Of a stretch of DNA of 64,000 nucleotides, positions 29,182 through 37,647 are shown in pieces. Source of the DNA: Deltaproteobacteria bacterium (lineage in GTDB: Bacteria; Myxococcota; Kuafuiibacteriia; Kuafuiibacteriales; Kuafuiibacteriaceae). The stretch is taken from assembly GCA_040218735.1 (NCBI GenBank), contig JAVJQW010000041.1, positions 288,001 through 352,000 on the forward strand. Direction: 5' to 3'. A program made the position numbers and the translations under genes. The notes under the pieces were generated by a model that did no database searches, had not been told where the DNA came from, and saw only the letters and a program-made list of their open reading frames with translations. Each line of letters begins with the position of its first letter. The stretch's first letter is position 1.

Positions 29182-30945
29182 ATGCGAACGACGCAGAAGA
29201 CCTCCACCGCGGCCACTCCCGTTCAGTCAAGGAGGGCCGTGGAGCCCGGCCCGGCGCGGTCGGGTGCCGCGCCGATGGCGTTGGACGTCAACGAAGGTTG
29301 CAGCGCCCAGCCGGTCGATCTGCCGCAGGCGCGTACGCTGGCGGGGCAGGGGGCGATGCGACCGCGGCCGCCGGGGCGTCCGGCGGGGTTGTCGTTCGGC
29401 GCCGCGCTCCCGTCCGGTCACCACGCGGGGCAGGACAACGCGGGCCTCTACATGCACGGGACCGCCGCGACCGAGGCGGCGTCGGCGCGCACGGGTTCGC
29501 TCACGCTCTCCGCGGACACGCGCACGTTGGTGTCGCGTGTGCTCGCAGCCGCGGAGAACAGTGACCCGGATGGTGATCCGTCGGGGGTGTACGTGCTTCG
29601 GGACGGGAAGAACCGTCGCAAGCAGATCACGCTCGGCATCGGCTTCACCGAGGACAGCGGCAACCTACGCAAGGTCGTGGAAGCGTACGTCGCGGCGGGC
29701 GGGCGCTTCGCCGATCAGATGCGTCCGTTCATCGATCGCATCGGTGCGACGCCGAACCTCTCCGGCAACGCCGAGTTCAAGGGCCTGCTCAAGACCGCGG
29801 GGCGACAGGATCCGCTGTTCGCCGAAGTGCAGCGCGAGAAGTTCGTCGACATCATCCTCGAGCCCGCGCGTGGCTTCTGTGAGCGTGAAGGTCTCGTGGA
29901 GCCGCTCTCGTTCCTCGTCGTCGCGGACAGCTACCTTCACTCGGGAGGCATCCTGAGTTTCCTGCGCAACCGCTTCCCCGAGCGCTCCCCCGCGGATGGT
30001 GGCAACGAGCGCGTCTGGATCGAGCAGTACGTCGACACGCGCCACAACTGGCTGGCGAATCACTCGAACGCGCTGCTCCGCAACACCATCTACAGGACGC
30101 GCGCGCTGACGCAGCAGATCGATCGGGGCAACTGGGATCTGCTCCCGCCGATCGAGATGCACGGCATCACCGTGGGGCTCCCGGCGTCGATGGATCGGCC
30201 GCTCCCGATCACCGGGAGCGTCGGCGCGGGTGGTCAGAACCGACCCGAGGACGTGCGTCTGGTGAAGGCGCGCCTGACGGAGCTGGGCTTCGGGGGCATC
30301 GCGGACTCCGATTCGGCGGACGCCGGCTTCGTGCGAGCGATTCGTCTCTTCCAGTCGATCATCACGGGGCGGCAGCGGGTGGAGGGCGACGGTCGTGTGG
30401 ACGTTGGCTTCGGAACGCAGTCGTGGCTCGAGGCGGAGAACGCGCCGCGGTGGCAAGAGATGCCGGTCGGGGACCGCGACGGTGGGTTCTTCAACTACGA
30501 GGTCGCGACACAGCCCGGCGATCATCATGACTACGGAACGAACTGGCTCGCGGACATGATTACGAACGCGGGTCAGCAATACTTCGACGAGCACCGATCG
30601 CAGTTCCCGGGTTCGAACCCGATCTTGGTGAACGACGCGAGCCTCCCCCAAGGTCACGACACCCACCAGCACGCCGGTCACGAGACGGGCATGTCAGCGG
30701 ACCTGCGCGTCCCGAACACCGACGGCGACCAGAACCGCGGGACGGTCTGGAGCGCGCGGGACTACGACCGTCCGGCGATGCGGGCGATGTTGAAGGCCTT
30801 CGCGGCGCAGGAGAACGTCGGGCGGGTGTTCTTCAACGACCCGGTGTTGATTCGTGAAGGGCTGTGTACGTCGGCGGGTGGGCACGACAATCACGTCCAC
30901 GTCGAGGTGGTGCCGCCGGCGCGTCAGGCGCCGGTGACGACCTGA
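29182..30945 (+). CDS. Multidomain peptidoglycan hydrolase: GH46-like glycosidase + PG-binding + MepA-like LAS endopeptidase
   Basis: AAEN...DG...ITLGIGFTE...ADSYLHSG; SVGAGGQNRPEDV...DGRVD; YGT...DAS...HETGMSAD...HDNHVH. Confidence 0.75.
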   Translation: MRTTQKTSTAATPVQSRRAVEPGPARSGAAPMALDVNEGCSAQPVDLPQARTLAGQGAMRPRPPGRPAGLSFGAALPSGHHAGQDNAGLYMHGTAATEAASARTGSLTLSADTRTLVSRVLAAAENSDPDGDPSGVYVLRDGKNRRKQITLGIGFTEDSGNLRKVVEAYVAAGGRFADQMRPFIDRIGATPNLSGNAEFKGLLKTAGRQDPLFAEVQREKFVDIILEPARGFCEREGLVEPLSFLVVADSYLHSGGILSFLRNRFPERSPADGGNERVWIEQYVDTRHNWLANHSNALLRNTIYRTRALTQQIDRGNWDLLPPIEMHGITVGLPASMDRPLPITGSVGAGGQNRPEDVRLVKARLTELGFGGIADSDSADAGFVRAIRLFQSIITGRQRVEGDGRVDVGFGTQSWLEAENAPRWQEMPVGDRDGGFFNYEVATQPGDHHDYGTNWLADMITNAGQQYFDEHRSQFPGSNPILVNDASLPQGHDTHQHAGHETGMSADLRVPNTDGDQNRGTVWSARDYDRPAMRAMLKAFAAQENVGRVFFNDPVLIREGLCTSAGGHDNHVHVEVVPPARQAPVTT

Positions 30946-30986
30946 GCGCTCCGCGACCGCCGTCACTGTCATCCGCGCTGCGCAGC

Positions 30987-31328
30987 TCAGGTGTGGTCGC
31001 GGATGTAGACGCAGTCCGGGTCGGAGCTGTTCGAGAGGCAGTAAGGACCGACGCAGCTCGTGAGCCGGTTCTCCTGGGACCCGCACGCGGCGTCGATCCC
31101 GCAGGCGTCTTGCTCGACCGCGCAGGACTCGTAGGCGTCCGCCTGCGCGCCGCAATCCGTCTTGCTTCGCGCGAGGTTGTCGACCGCGTCGTAGTAGGCG
31201 CCGCAGCTCCCCTCGATGACGGTACAGCTGCGCGTCTGGGCTTCGTTGCACTGATCGATCGCGCTGGTGCCACAGGCCGAGATCGCGATCGCGAAGATGA
31301 GAACAGAGTAGTAGCGAATCGAAGTCAT
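30987..31328 (-). CDS. Small Cys-rich lipoprotein
   Basis: Lipobox AISAC; about 10 further Cys in ~90 aa. Confidence 0.65.
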   Translation of the reverse strand: MTSIRYYSVLIFAIAISACGTSAIDQCNEAQTRSCTVIEGSCGAYYDAVDNLARSKTDCGAQADAYESCAVEQDACGIDAACGSQENRLTSCVGPYCLSNSSDPDCVYIRDHT

Positions 31329-31340
31329 GCGGCGTTCGAG

Positions 31341-31356
31341 TGCAGCCACGATGCCA
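31341..31356 (-). promoter_or_regulatory. Putative sigma54 promoter
   Basis: TGGCATC-GTGG-CTGCA, 12 nt before ATG 31328. Confidence 0.6.
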
Positions 31357-31422
31357 ACCTCGCTGGCGCCGCAAAGTGGCCGTTGGTGTCAGGTCGACTT
31401 CACACGCCGCCCGCTGACGAAG

Positions 31423-32526
31423 TCAGGGCGTGCAGAGCACCGACAAACAGATCGGTGTGATCGCATCCATCGCGTCCGGACGTGTGCTCGTGCTCGTGAA
31501 GCTGTCCGCATAGCGGACGCCCACCATCACGTCGTGGGGGCCGCAGTCGTTCTCGAAGAAGGTGGGCCCGTTCGTGGGGTCGCGGCGAGGGTCGGCGTCG
31601 AGCACGTCGTTCGTGACGTTGAGCTCCCGACCCGGGCCACACGCGACCGTCGCTGCGTCGACTCGCCCCCGCGTGCCCTGCTCGAGGTAGCCGACGCCGG
31701 TGGGGGGCAGTCCCGTCGGGCAAGACGCGGTGTCGTCGTCGGACGGATCCGAGTCGACCTCCGCCGGCAGGACGGTGCGGACGGTGGCCGGATCCCAGAG
31801 CGTCGCGCACAGCACGCCCGCGCCGTCCGTCAGGTCCGAAGCGCTGCCGTCGGATCGCGTATGTCCGTCGGTGACGAGGCCGACCACGCGTTCACCCGCC
31901 TCGTAGTCACAGAGCACATCGACCACGGGCTTGGGGTTCGCGGCGAGCTGCGCGTCGTTGGGACTGTAAGGAGCCCCCGCCGCGCAGTCACAGAGCATCG
32001 TGACCAGGGACATCGGGTCGGTGAACGTGCTCGTGATGTCTTCGCGGTCGACCTGCAGGACACCCACTGCGGCGGTGCCGGCGGGACACGCGATCGCCGT
32101 ATAGGTCTCGGAGCTCACATCCAAGTCTGGGTTGGCGAGCGCAGTCCGACTCGGTCCGCACAGCGGTGTGATCGCATCGACGGCCCAGCGCCCGAGCTGA
32201 CGGACGCGCGTGAAGGCGACGCCGGTCATGTCGCCGCCCGGGCAGTCGAGGGTGTTGTCGGGCGTCGTGTTGTGCATCGCGTCGAAGGCGTTGAAGACTT
32301 CGCGCGTCCCGGACGACGATGTGCAACGCGCCGCGACGAAGTCGGCAAAGTCCGCGTACCCGACGTTCGAAAAGCTGCGGTAGCGAAGGCCCGTGAGTGT
32401 CTCGCCGGGCGCGCAGGCGAGCTCGGCACGCGGGCGCAAGTTCTCTTGCATCTCCGCCAGTACGATGGGGCGAGGAACCGCCGGGAGGACGAAGAGCACC
32501 GAGGCAACGAGTGTGTTGATCATCAT
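31423..32526 (-). CDS. Secreted Cys-repeat protein (beta-prism/lectin-like)
   Basis: About six units of CPxG..xxG(V/L)....D...xxxC; hydrophobic N-terminus. Confidence 0.6.
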   Translation of the reverse strand: MMINTLVASVLFVLPAVPRPIVLAEMQENLRPRAELACAPGETLTGLRYRSFSNVGYADFADFVAARCTSSSGTREVFNAFDAMHNTTPDNTLDCPGGDMTGVAFTRVRQLGRWAVDAITPLCGPSRTALANPDLDVSSETYTAIACPAGTAAVGVLQVDREDITSTFTDPMSLVTMLCDCAAGAPYSPNDAQLAANPKPVVDVLCDYEAGERVVGLVTDGHTRSDGSASDLTDGAGVLCATLWDPATVRTVLPAEVDSDPSDDDTASCPTGLPPTGVGYLEQGTRGRVDAATVACGPGRELNVTNDVLDADPRRDPTNGPTFFENDCGPHDVMVGVRYADSFTSTSTRPDAMDAITPICLSVLCTP

Positions 32527-32570
32527 GACCTACTCGGAAGGTCACGACGCCGCGAAGTGTCACGCTCGGA

Positions 32571-34757
32571 TCATTCGAATCGTGGCGAGCGGATCAACAT
32601 CGCTTCGGCGTCGTCGTGTGCCCGGCGCGACAAGGTCCCGAACCCGTCGAACCCAAAGCACTGCGACGATCCGTCCGACCTGCGCGTGCACGCGCCGTCG
32701 AGCCCGACCACGATGTCGATCGCGTTCGAGACACCGCCGATGGGCGTGGCGGGCTGCGCGGTCAGGTCCTGGTCGATCGCCGACGCCCATCGCTCGCGTC
32801 CAAACCGCTCGCTTCGCTCTTCACCCCAACACACGACGGAGCCCGCGCGTCGGACGGCACACGCCCACCCGTAGCTCACGTCGATCGCAACGGCGTCGTC
32901 GACGTTCGGTACTGGCGCGGGCGCTTCGGCGGTCGACGTCGATCCGCGCCCGAGATCGCCGCGGACGTTGCGACCCCAACACCACACCGCGCCGGTCTCG
33001 TAGCGTGCGCAGCCATGTTCGGCACCGAGTCGGATCTGAGCGGGGTTCGACAGCTCCGGGACGCGCACCGGCCGGTCGATCACGGGCGGTCCGCGTCCGC
33101 CGCGTCCGTCGGCCTGCCCGTAGGCGTTCGAACCCCAGCATCGGACGTTGCGTTCGACGTCGAGCGCACACGCAAACGCGCCACCGACCGCGAGCCCGAC
33201 CGCGGGCGGTACGTTTACCACGCGCGGCTCCGCACCCGACCCCCAGCACCGGACGGTACCGGTTCGCTCGAGCGCGCAGCTGAGCTGCTGCCCCACGTGG
33301 ACCTGCACCGCATCCGCGACGCCGTCGACGGCGGTCGGGGTCGCGAGCACACCGGGCGTGGGGCCCGCGCCCCCGCCGTTTCGGCCCCAGCACGAGACCG
33401 TCCCGCCTTCTTCGACGCGACACGCGGTGTCCCATCGCCCCGACAGGAACTGCGATGGGCGATCGTCGATCGGCGTAGGTTCGAGCTGAGCACCCTCCGC
33501 ATCGCGTCCGAGCCGGCCGGCCGCCGCCGCGCCCCAGCACCGGACGCGGTCGTCACGGTCCAGCCCACACGCCATCGCATCGCCGACGACGTCGGTGGAC
33601 AGACCGACGGCGTGTTCGTAGGGCGCGACGTCGTCGAGTCGAGGCTCCGTCAGCAGACCACGGCCCGCCAGCCCCCAACACTCGGCGGGTCGGCCAGGCT
33701 CCACCAGACACGTCGTCTCACCGCCGGCCGACATGCGCTCGTTCGGTCGACGTGTCCGACTCGGTGACGCCGCATCGAGCTCCAGCCACGGGAGGGGGCG
33801 CCCGAAGCAGACGAGCTCCCCGTCGGGCCGCGTCGCGCAGACGTGCGACCGGCCGGCCACGACGTCGGTCCACGGTCCTTCGTCGGGCGGGTGAAGGTCC
33901 GCGCCGCCGAAGCAGTCGAGCGCCCCCTCGCGAAGGAGACACGTGAACCCGACTCCGGCGACGACGCGATCGATTCGTGGCGAACCTCCGTGGACCACGA
34001 CGCCGAGCGCGTCGCCGCTGCCGCCCTTGCCCGCGACGTCGGAACCCCAGCACGCGACCTCACCGTCGCGCAGCAGGCAGCCGTGGCCCCAACCGAGCGC
34101 GACCTCGTCTGCGGTCGGTCGCACGGCGGCGGGAGCGTCCAGGAAGCCCCAGCCGAGCTGGCGCTCTCGGTTGTCGCCCCAACAGTGCACGTGGCCCGTG
34201 GATGCGGTCGCACACGCGCTCAGGTAGCCGGTCGCGATCGACATGGGCTCGAAACCGTCCGGCAAGGGAACTTGCACCGGCGTGGCCGACGACGGGACGC
34301 TGCGGTCACCGATCTGCCCCGTTGGGTTGTCGCCCCAGCACCACACCTCGCCGCCCCCCGTACGAGCGCACGCGAAGGTCCCCTTCATCGCCAGCTCGAC
34401 GACGTCGTCCAACGCGTCCAGCAACACGGGTTGCGATGCGATGCGGACGTCGTCCACGCCGAGCGAGTAGCCGACGTTCCAACCCCAGCAACTCACCCGC
34501 CCATCGGACCACCTCGCACAGGCGCTGAGCTGGCCGACCGCGACGTCCACGGGACCGACGCATTCGCCGTCGATGGCGCGATACCCGTCGTCGCAGACCA
34601 CGACGCCGCAGTCGGAGGTCGGCGAGACGCAGACTCCCTCCACGCAGGCGAGCCCGCTGCCGCACGTTCGTTCGCACGGTTCGCAGAGCAGCGGTGCGTA
34701 GAGCGTGCAGGCGCTGGCGCTCATCACCGTGGCGACGATGATCAGTCGCGTGTCCAC
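32571..34757 (-). CDS. RCC1-repeat lipoprotein
   Basis: Many xG..(F/H)xCA...GxVxCWGxNxxGQ repeats; lipobox SASAC; start moved to GTG 34757. Confidence 0.88.
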   Translation of the reverse strand: MDTRLIIVATVMSASACTLYAPLLCEPCERTCGSGLACVEGVCVSPTSDCGVVVCDDGYRAIDGECVGPVDVAVGQLSACARWSDGRVSCWGWNVGYSLGVDDVRIASQPVLLDALDDVVELAMKGTFACARTGGGEVWCWGDNPTGQIGDRSVPSSATPVQVPLPDGFEPMSIATGYLSACATASTGHVHCWGDNRERQLGWGFLDAPAAVRPTADEVALGWGHGCLLRDGEVACWGSDVAGKGGSGDALGVVVHGGSPRIDRVVAGVGFTCLLREGALDCFGGADLHPPDEGPWTDVVAGRSHVCATRPDGELVCFGRPLPWLELDAASPSRTRRPNERMSAGGETTCLVEPGRPAECWGLAGRGLLTEPRLDDVAPYEHAVGLSTDVVGDAMACGLDRDDRVRCWGAAAAGRLGRDAEGAQLEPTPIDDRPSQFLSGRWDTACRVEEGGTVSCWGRNGGGAGPTPGVLATPTAVDGVADAVQVHVGQQLSCALERTGTVRCWGSGAEPRVVNVPPAVGLAVGGAFACALDVERNVRCWGSNAYGQADGRGGRGPPVIDRPVRVPELSNPAQIRLGAEHGCARYETGAVWCWGRNVRGDLGRGSTSTAEAPAPVPNVDDAVAIDVSYGWACAVRRAGSVVCWGEERSERFGRERWASAIDQDLTAQPATPIGGVSNAIDIVVGLDGACTRRSDGSSQCFGFDGFGTLSRRAHDDAEAMLIRSPRFE

Positions 34758-36238
34758 GCTTCGTCCTCCGCTCGTTCGGTGCGTCCCAGCCACGCGTTCA
34801 GTGCGGCGGTGACGAGCAGGCTCCCGCCCACGCTCAGGCCGATGGCCATCGCGGTGCGATAGCTCTCGGCGTCGGCTCGCGCCGGCTCCGTCTGGTCCGT
34901 GACGGGCCGGCGGTTGGCGGCGGCGCGCCGGTCGACGAACAGCCCGGCGAAGACGCTGCCGACCGCGACCGCCGCAACCCCGGTTGCGCCGAGCCCGATG
35001 GTGAGCGGGTCTTGCGTCCAACTCCTCGGTGCGTCCCGTGGGGGCGGCGCGAAGCGAATCCGTCGCGCCGCCTCCATCCCGGACACGAACTCGGAGGTCA
35101 GCGGACGCCGGAAGAGATTGATCCGGAAGTCGTCGTCGATCGCACCACGGGCCGCGAGCACTGCGTCGCCGTCCGTCGCGCGCGTGAACGCCAGTCGGCC
35201 CTCGTCGATCGCGGGCGCGAAGCGCGCTCCTTCGATCTCCAGCGTCGGTAACCCACCGCGCGGCGCCATGAGCGTCAACGTCTGTCCGGCGGGTTTGTTT
35301 GCGTCGAGCAGCGGAAAACCGAGCCCGTCGTAGACACGAAGCCGACCGCCGAGGTGCGACGGAACCACGACGCGCTCGCGCGGCGCGAGCTCGCGGAGGT
35401 CGACGAGTGGATGCTCGTTCGGCGTCGGCCGGCGGACGAACGGGCGAATGCGCGCGCGCGGATTCACGACGTCGAGGTTCGCGGCGACCACGTACGCCTG
35501 CATCTCCGCGTATGAGACCCGGCCATCCCCGTCGACGTCGGCGGCGCCCTGCAGGGCACCGAGGAGCTGGTAGCTGAACACTCCGGCGCGATAGCCGGAC
35601 CACTCGTGGACCTCGCGGCGATCCGAAGTCGAGAGGACGAAGCCGACGTCGGGGTGTTGGTCGAGCGCGGCGATGGGCTCGGCTTTGACGCGGCCGCGCG
35701 CGTTCACGAGGAAGTAGGAGTGGCACGAGTCGATGATCACGTGCATCCGTTCGCGCGGGATGCGCGCGAGGATTCGTTCGTAGACGTCGGTGCGGTGGAA
35801 AGGACCGTCGAGCAGGTGCAGGTACGCCGACGCCGCATCCACCGAACCGTGGCCGGAGAAGTAGACGTAGACCTCGCGGGGCGCGGGGGTCTCTTCCAGT
35901 CGCTCGATGAGGCGATCGATCGCGCGCTCCAGCTCGTCGCGGCGCGGAGGCTTCGCGCGGCGGACGGCCGCGCCGAAGCGATCGACCGTGTCGTCGTCGG
36001 CGGTGACGAGCAACTCCACGTGGGCGCCGAAGCGCTCCAGGAATGCGGCGAAGCGCAACGCGTCGTCGTCCGCGTAGCGCAACGGTTCGTACGCGCTCCC
36101 GGGGACCGGGCGGTTGTTGCCGACGACGAGCCCGAAGCGATGGACGCTCGGAGCCTCGGGAGCGGACATCCGCATCGCGGTGCTCGAAGTCGTCGTGGTG
36201 GCCGTGGCGACGGCGGCGCCGAGGAGGAGCGGGATCAT
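34742..36238 (-). CDS. Caspase-family (peptidase C14) protein, exported, with C-terminal hydrophobic helices
   Basis: LRYADDDA, YFSGHG, IIDSCHS, GVFSYQL...GAADVDGDG. Confidence 0.88.
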   Translation of the reverse strand: MIPLLLGAAVATATTTTSSTAMRMSAPEAPSVHRFGLVVGNNRPVPGSAYEPLRYADDDALRFAAFLERFGAHVELLVTADDDTVDRFGAAVRRAKPPRRDELERAIDRLIERLEETPAPREVYVYFSGHGSVDAASAYLHLLDGPFHRTDVYERILARIPRERMHVIIDSCHSYFLVNARGRVKAEPIAALDQHPDVGFVLSTSDRREVHEWSGYRAGVFSYQLLGALQGAADVDGDGRVSYAEMQAYVVAANLDVVNPRARIRPFVRRPTPNEHPLVDLRELAPRERVVVPSHLGGRLRVYDGLGFPLLDANKPAGQTLTLMAPRGGLPTLEIEGARFAPAIDEGRLAFTRATDGDAVLAARGAIDDDFRINLFRRPLTSEFVSGMEAARRIRFAPPPRDAPRSWTQDPLTIGLGATGVAAVAVGSVFAGLFVDRRAAANRRPVTDQTEPARADAESYRTAMAIGLSVGGSLLVTAALNAWLGRTERAEDEAWTRD

Positions 36239-36999
36239 GGTGTGGCCTCCTTCACCGTCAGCCGGCGCACGACGGTCGACGGTGTGTCGTCGACCCGTCC
36301 GGACTTCAGTCGACTCGCGAGCGCGACCGGATCGACGTCGAAGCCGGCCGCGATCGTGAGTGCTCCCGCGCGGTGTTCTGCGTCGAGCACGATGTCGTAT
36401 GGCAAACGAACGTTCACGGCGTCCTTGCCGCTCTTCAGCTCCTGCGCCGGGTCGCCGGTCTTCTCGGGGTAGAACCAGTGCACGCGCGCTCCATCGTAGG
36501 CGAGCACGGTGATCGTCTTGGCCGCGCCCGTCACGTTGCCGTAGCGGAACCCGAGGCGCGCGCCGAGCGTGACGGTGTGCCCGTCTTCGGCGACGCGCCA
36601 GCCGTCTGCGCCTTTGGCGAGGATGGCGACGGTGGGCGCCGCGAAGTCTCGTGTTTCATCGCCGCGCGCCTGAAGGTCGTCGGGCGATCGCGCCACCACG
36701 AAGACCAGCCCGGCGAGCGCTGCGGCGGCCAGCGACAACGGGACGGGTCGCCACCACCGGGACCACCACGGCTCGGCCTCAGGCTCGGGGCGCGCGGGGA
36801 TGGTTTCGAGCAGGGAGCCGGCGACGGCCCGGCACGCGCCACACCGGCCGAGGTGCCCAAGCTCCTGAGGGTCGAGCACCTCCGCGGCATCGACGAGCTT
36901 CGCGAACCGCGCGTCGTCGATGTGCGGACCTTCGGCCTCGCGGTCGTCGTCGAGAACGTCGGGCGCGTTTGCCTCGAGCCACTCTTGCAAGCTGTTCAC
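36235..36999 (-). CDS. Zinc-binding anti-sigma factor with TM helix and periplasmic domain
   Basis: HLGRCGAC (HxxxCxxC), TM helix, then QARG; overlaps the sigma stop. Confidence 0.75.
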   Translation of the reverse strand: MNSLQEWLEANAPDVLDDDREAEGPHIDDARFAKLVDAAEVLDPQELGHLGRCGACRAVAGSLLETIPARPEPEAEPWWSRWWRPVPLSLAAAALAGLVFVVARSPDDLQARGDETRDFAAPTVAILAKGADGWRVAEDGHTVTLGARLGFRYGNVTGAAKTITVLAYDGARVHWFYPEKTGDPAQELKSGKDAVNVRLPYDIVLDAEHRAGALTIAAGFDVDPVALASRLKSGRVDDTPSTVVRRLTVKEATP

Positions 37000-37577
37000 G
37001 GCCAGACTCCTTTCAGCGCCTTCTGCAGTCGTTCGAGGAGACGCTTCTTCCGCATGCGAACGGCCGACGGCTTGAGACCGAGCACCTGCGCGGCGGCGGT
37101 CGCGTTCGAGCCCTGTTCGAACACCAGCCCGACGAGCGCGCGGTCGCGGTCGTCGAGGGTCTCGATCACGGTGCGCACGCGCCGTCGAAGGTCCTCGCGC
37201 ACCGCGGCGTCCTCGGGTGAGGCTCCGGGGTGAGGTTGCTCGTCGGGCACCTCGCCGCGCTCCTCCTTGTCGTGGGCCGCGATGCGTTTCACCTCCGCAT
37301 AGAAGTGGCGCGTCGCCACCGCACGGATCCACGTCTTGAGCTGCGCGTCCCCGCGGAAGGTGCGAAGGACGGCGAAGTCGTCACGGACGAGGTGCAGCTC
37401 CAGCCCTTGGAGCAGGTCCTCCCGGTGCACAACGGCTTCGCGCCACTGCACGAGGAGGCGGTCGAGCGAGCGCGCGATCGGCTGCTCGAGCTGCGCGCGG
37501 AGCCGTCCGAACGCGCCGGCTTCACCCTCCACCACCGCTCGGACCAGCGCCAGGTCCTGCTGGCGAGCCTCATCCAT
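36996..37577 (-). CDS. ECF RNA polymerase sigma factor
   Basis: EDLLQ...FRGDAQLKTWIRAVA; region 4 AAQVLGLKPSAVRMRKKR. Confidence 0.88.
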   Translation of the reverse strand: MDEARQQDLALVRAVVEGEAGAFGRLRAQLEQPIARSLDRLLVQWREAVVHREDLLQGLELHLVRDDFAVLRTFRGDAQLKTWIRAVATRHFYAEVKRIAAHDKEERGEVPDEQPHPGASPEDAAVREDLRRRVRTVIETLDDRDRALVGLVFEQGSNATAAAQVLGLKPSAVRMRKKRLLERLQKALKGVWP

Positions 37578-37647
37578 CCGCTCCCGCGACTCGATAACAC
37601 GAGTCGCGGCTGGGAAGGACCGAGAGGTCGACGTCGCACGTTCCGGC

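Noticed and set aside
32571-35726. 1051-aa ORF as a caspase-RCC1 fusion
   Set aside because: The first ~320 aa are an alternate frame over the caspase gene; RCC1 has its own start and lipobox at 34757
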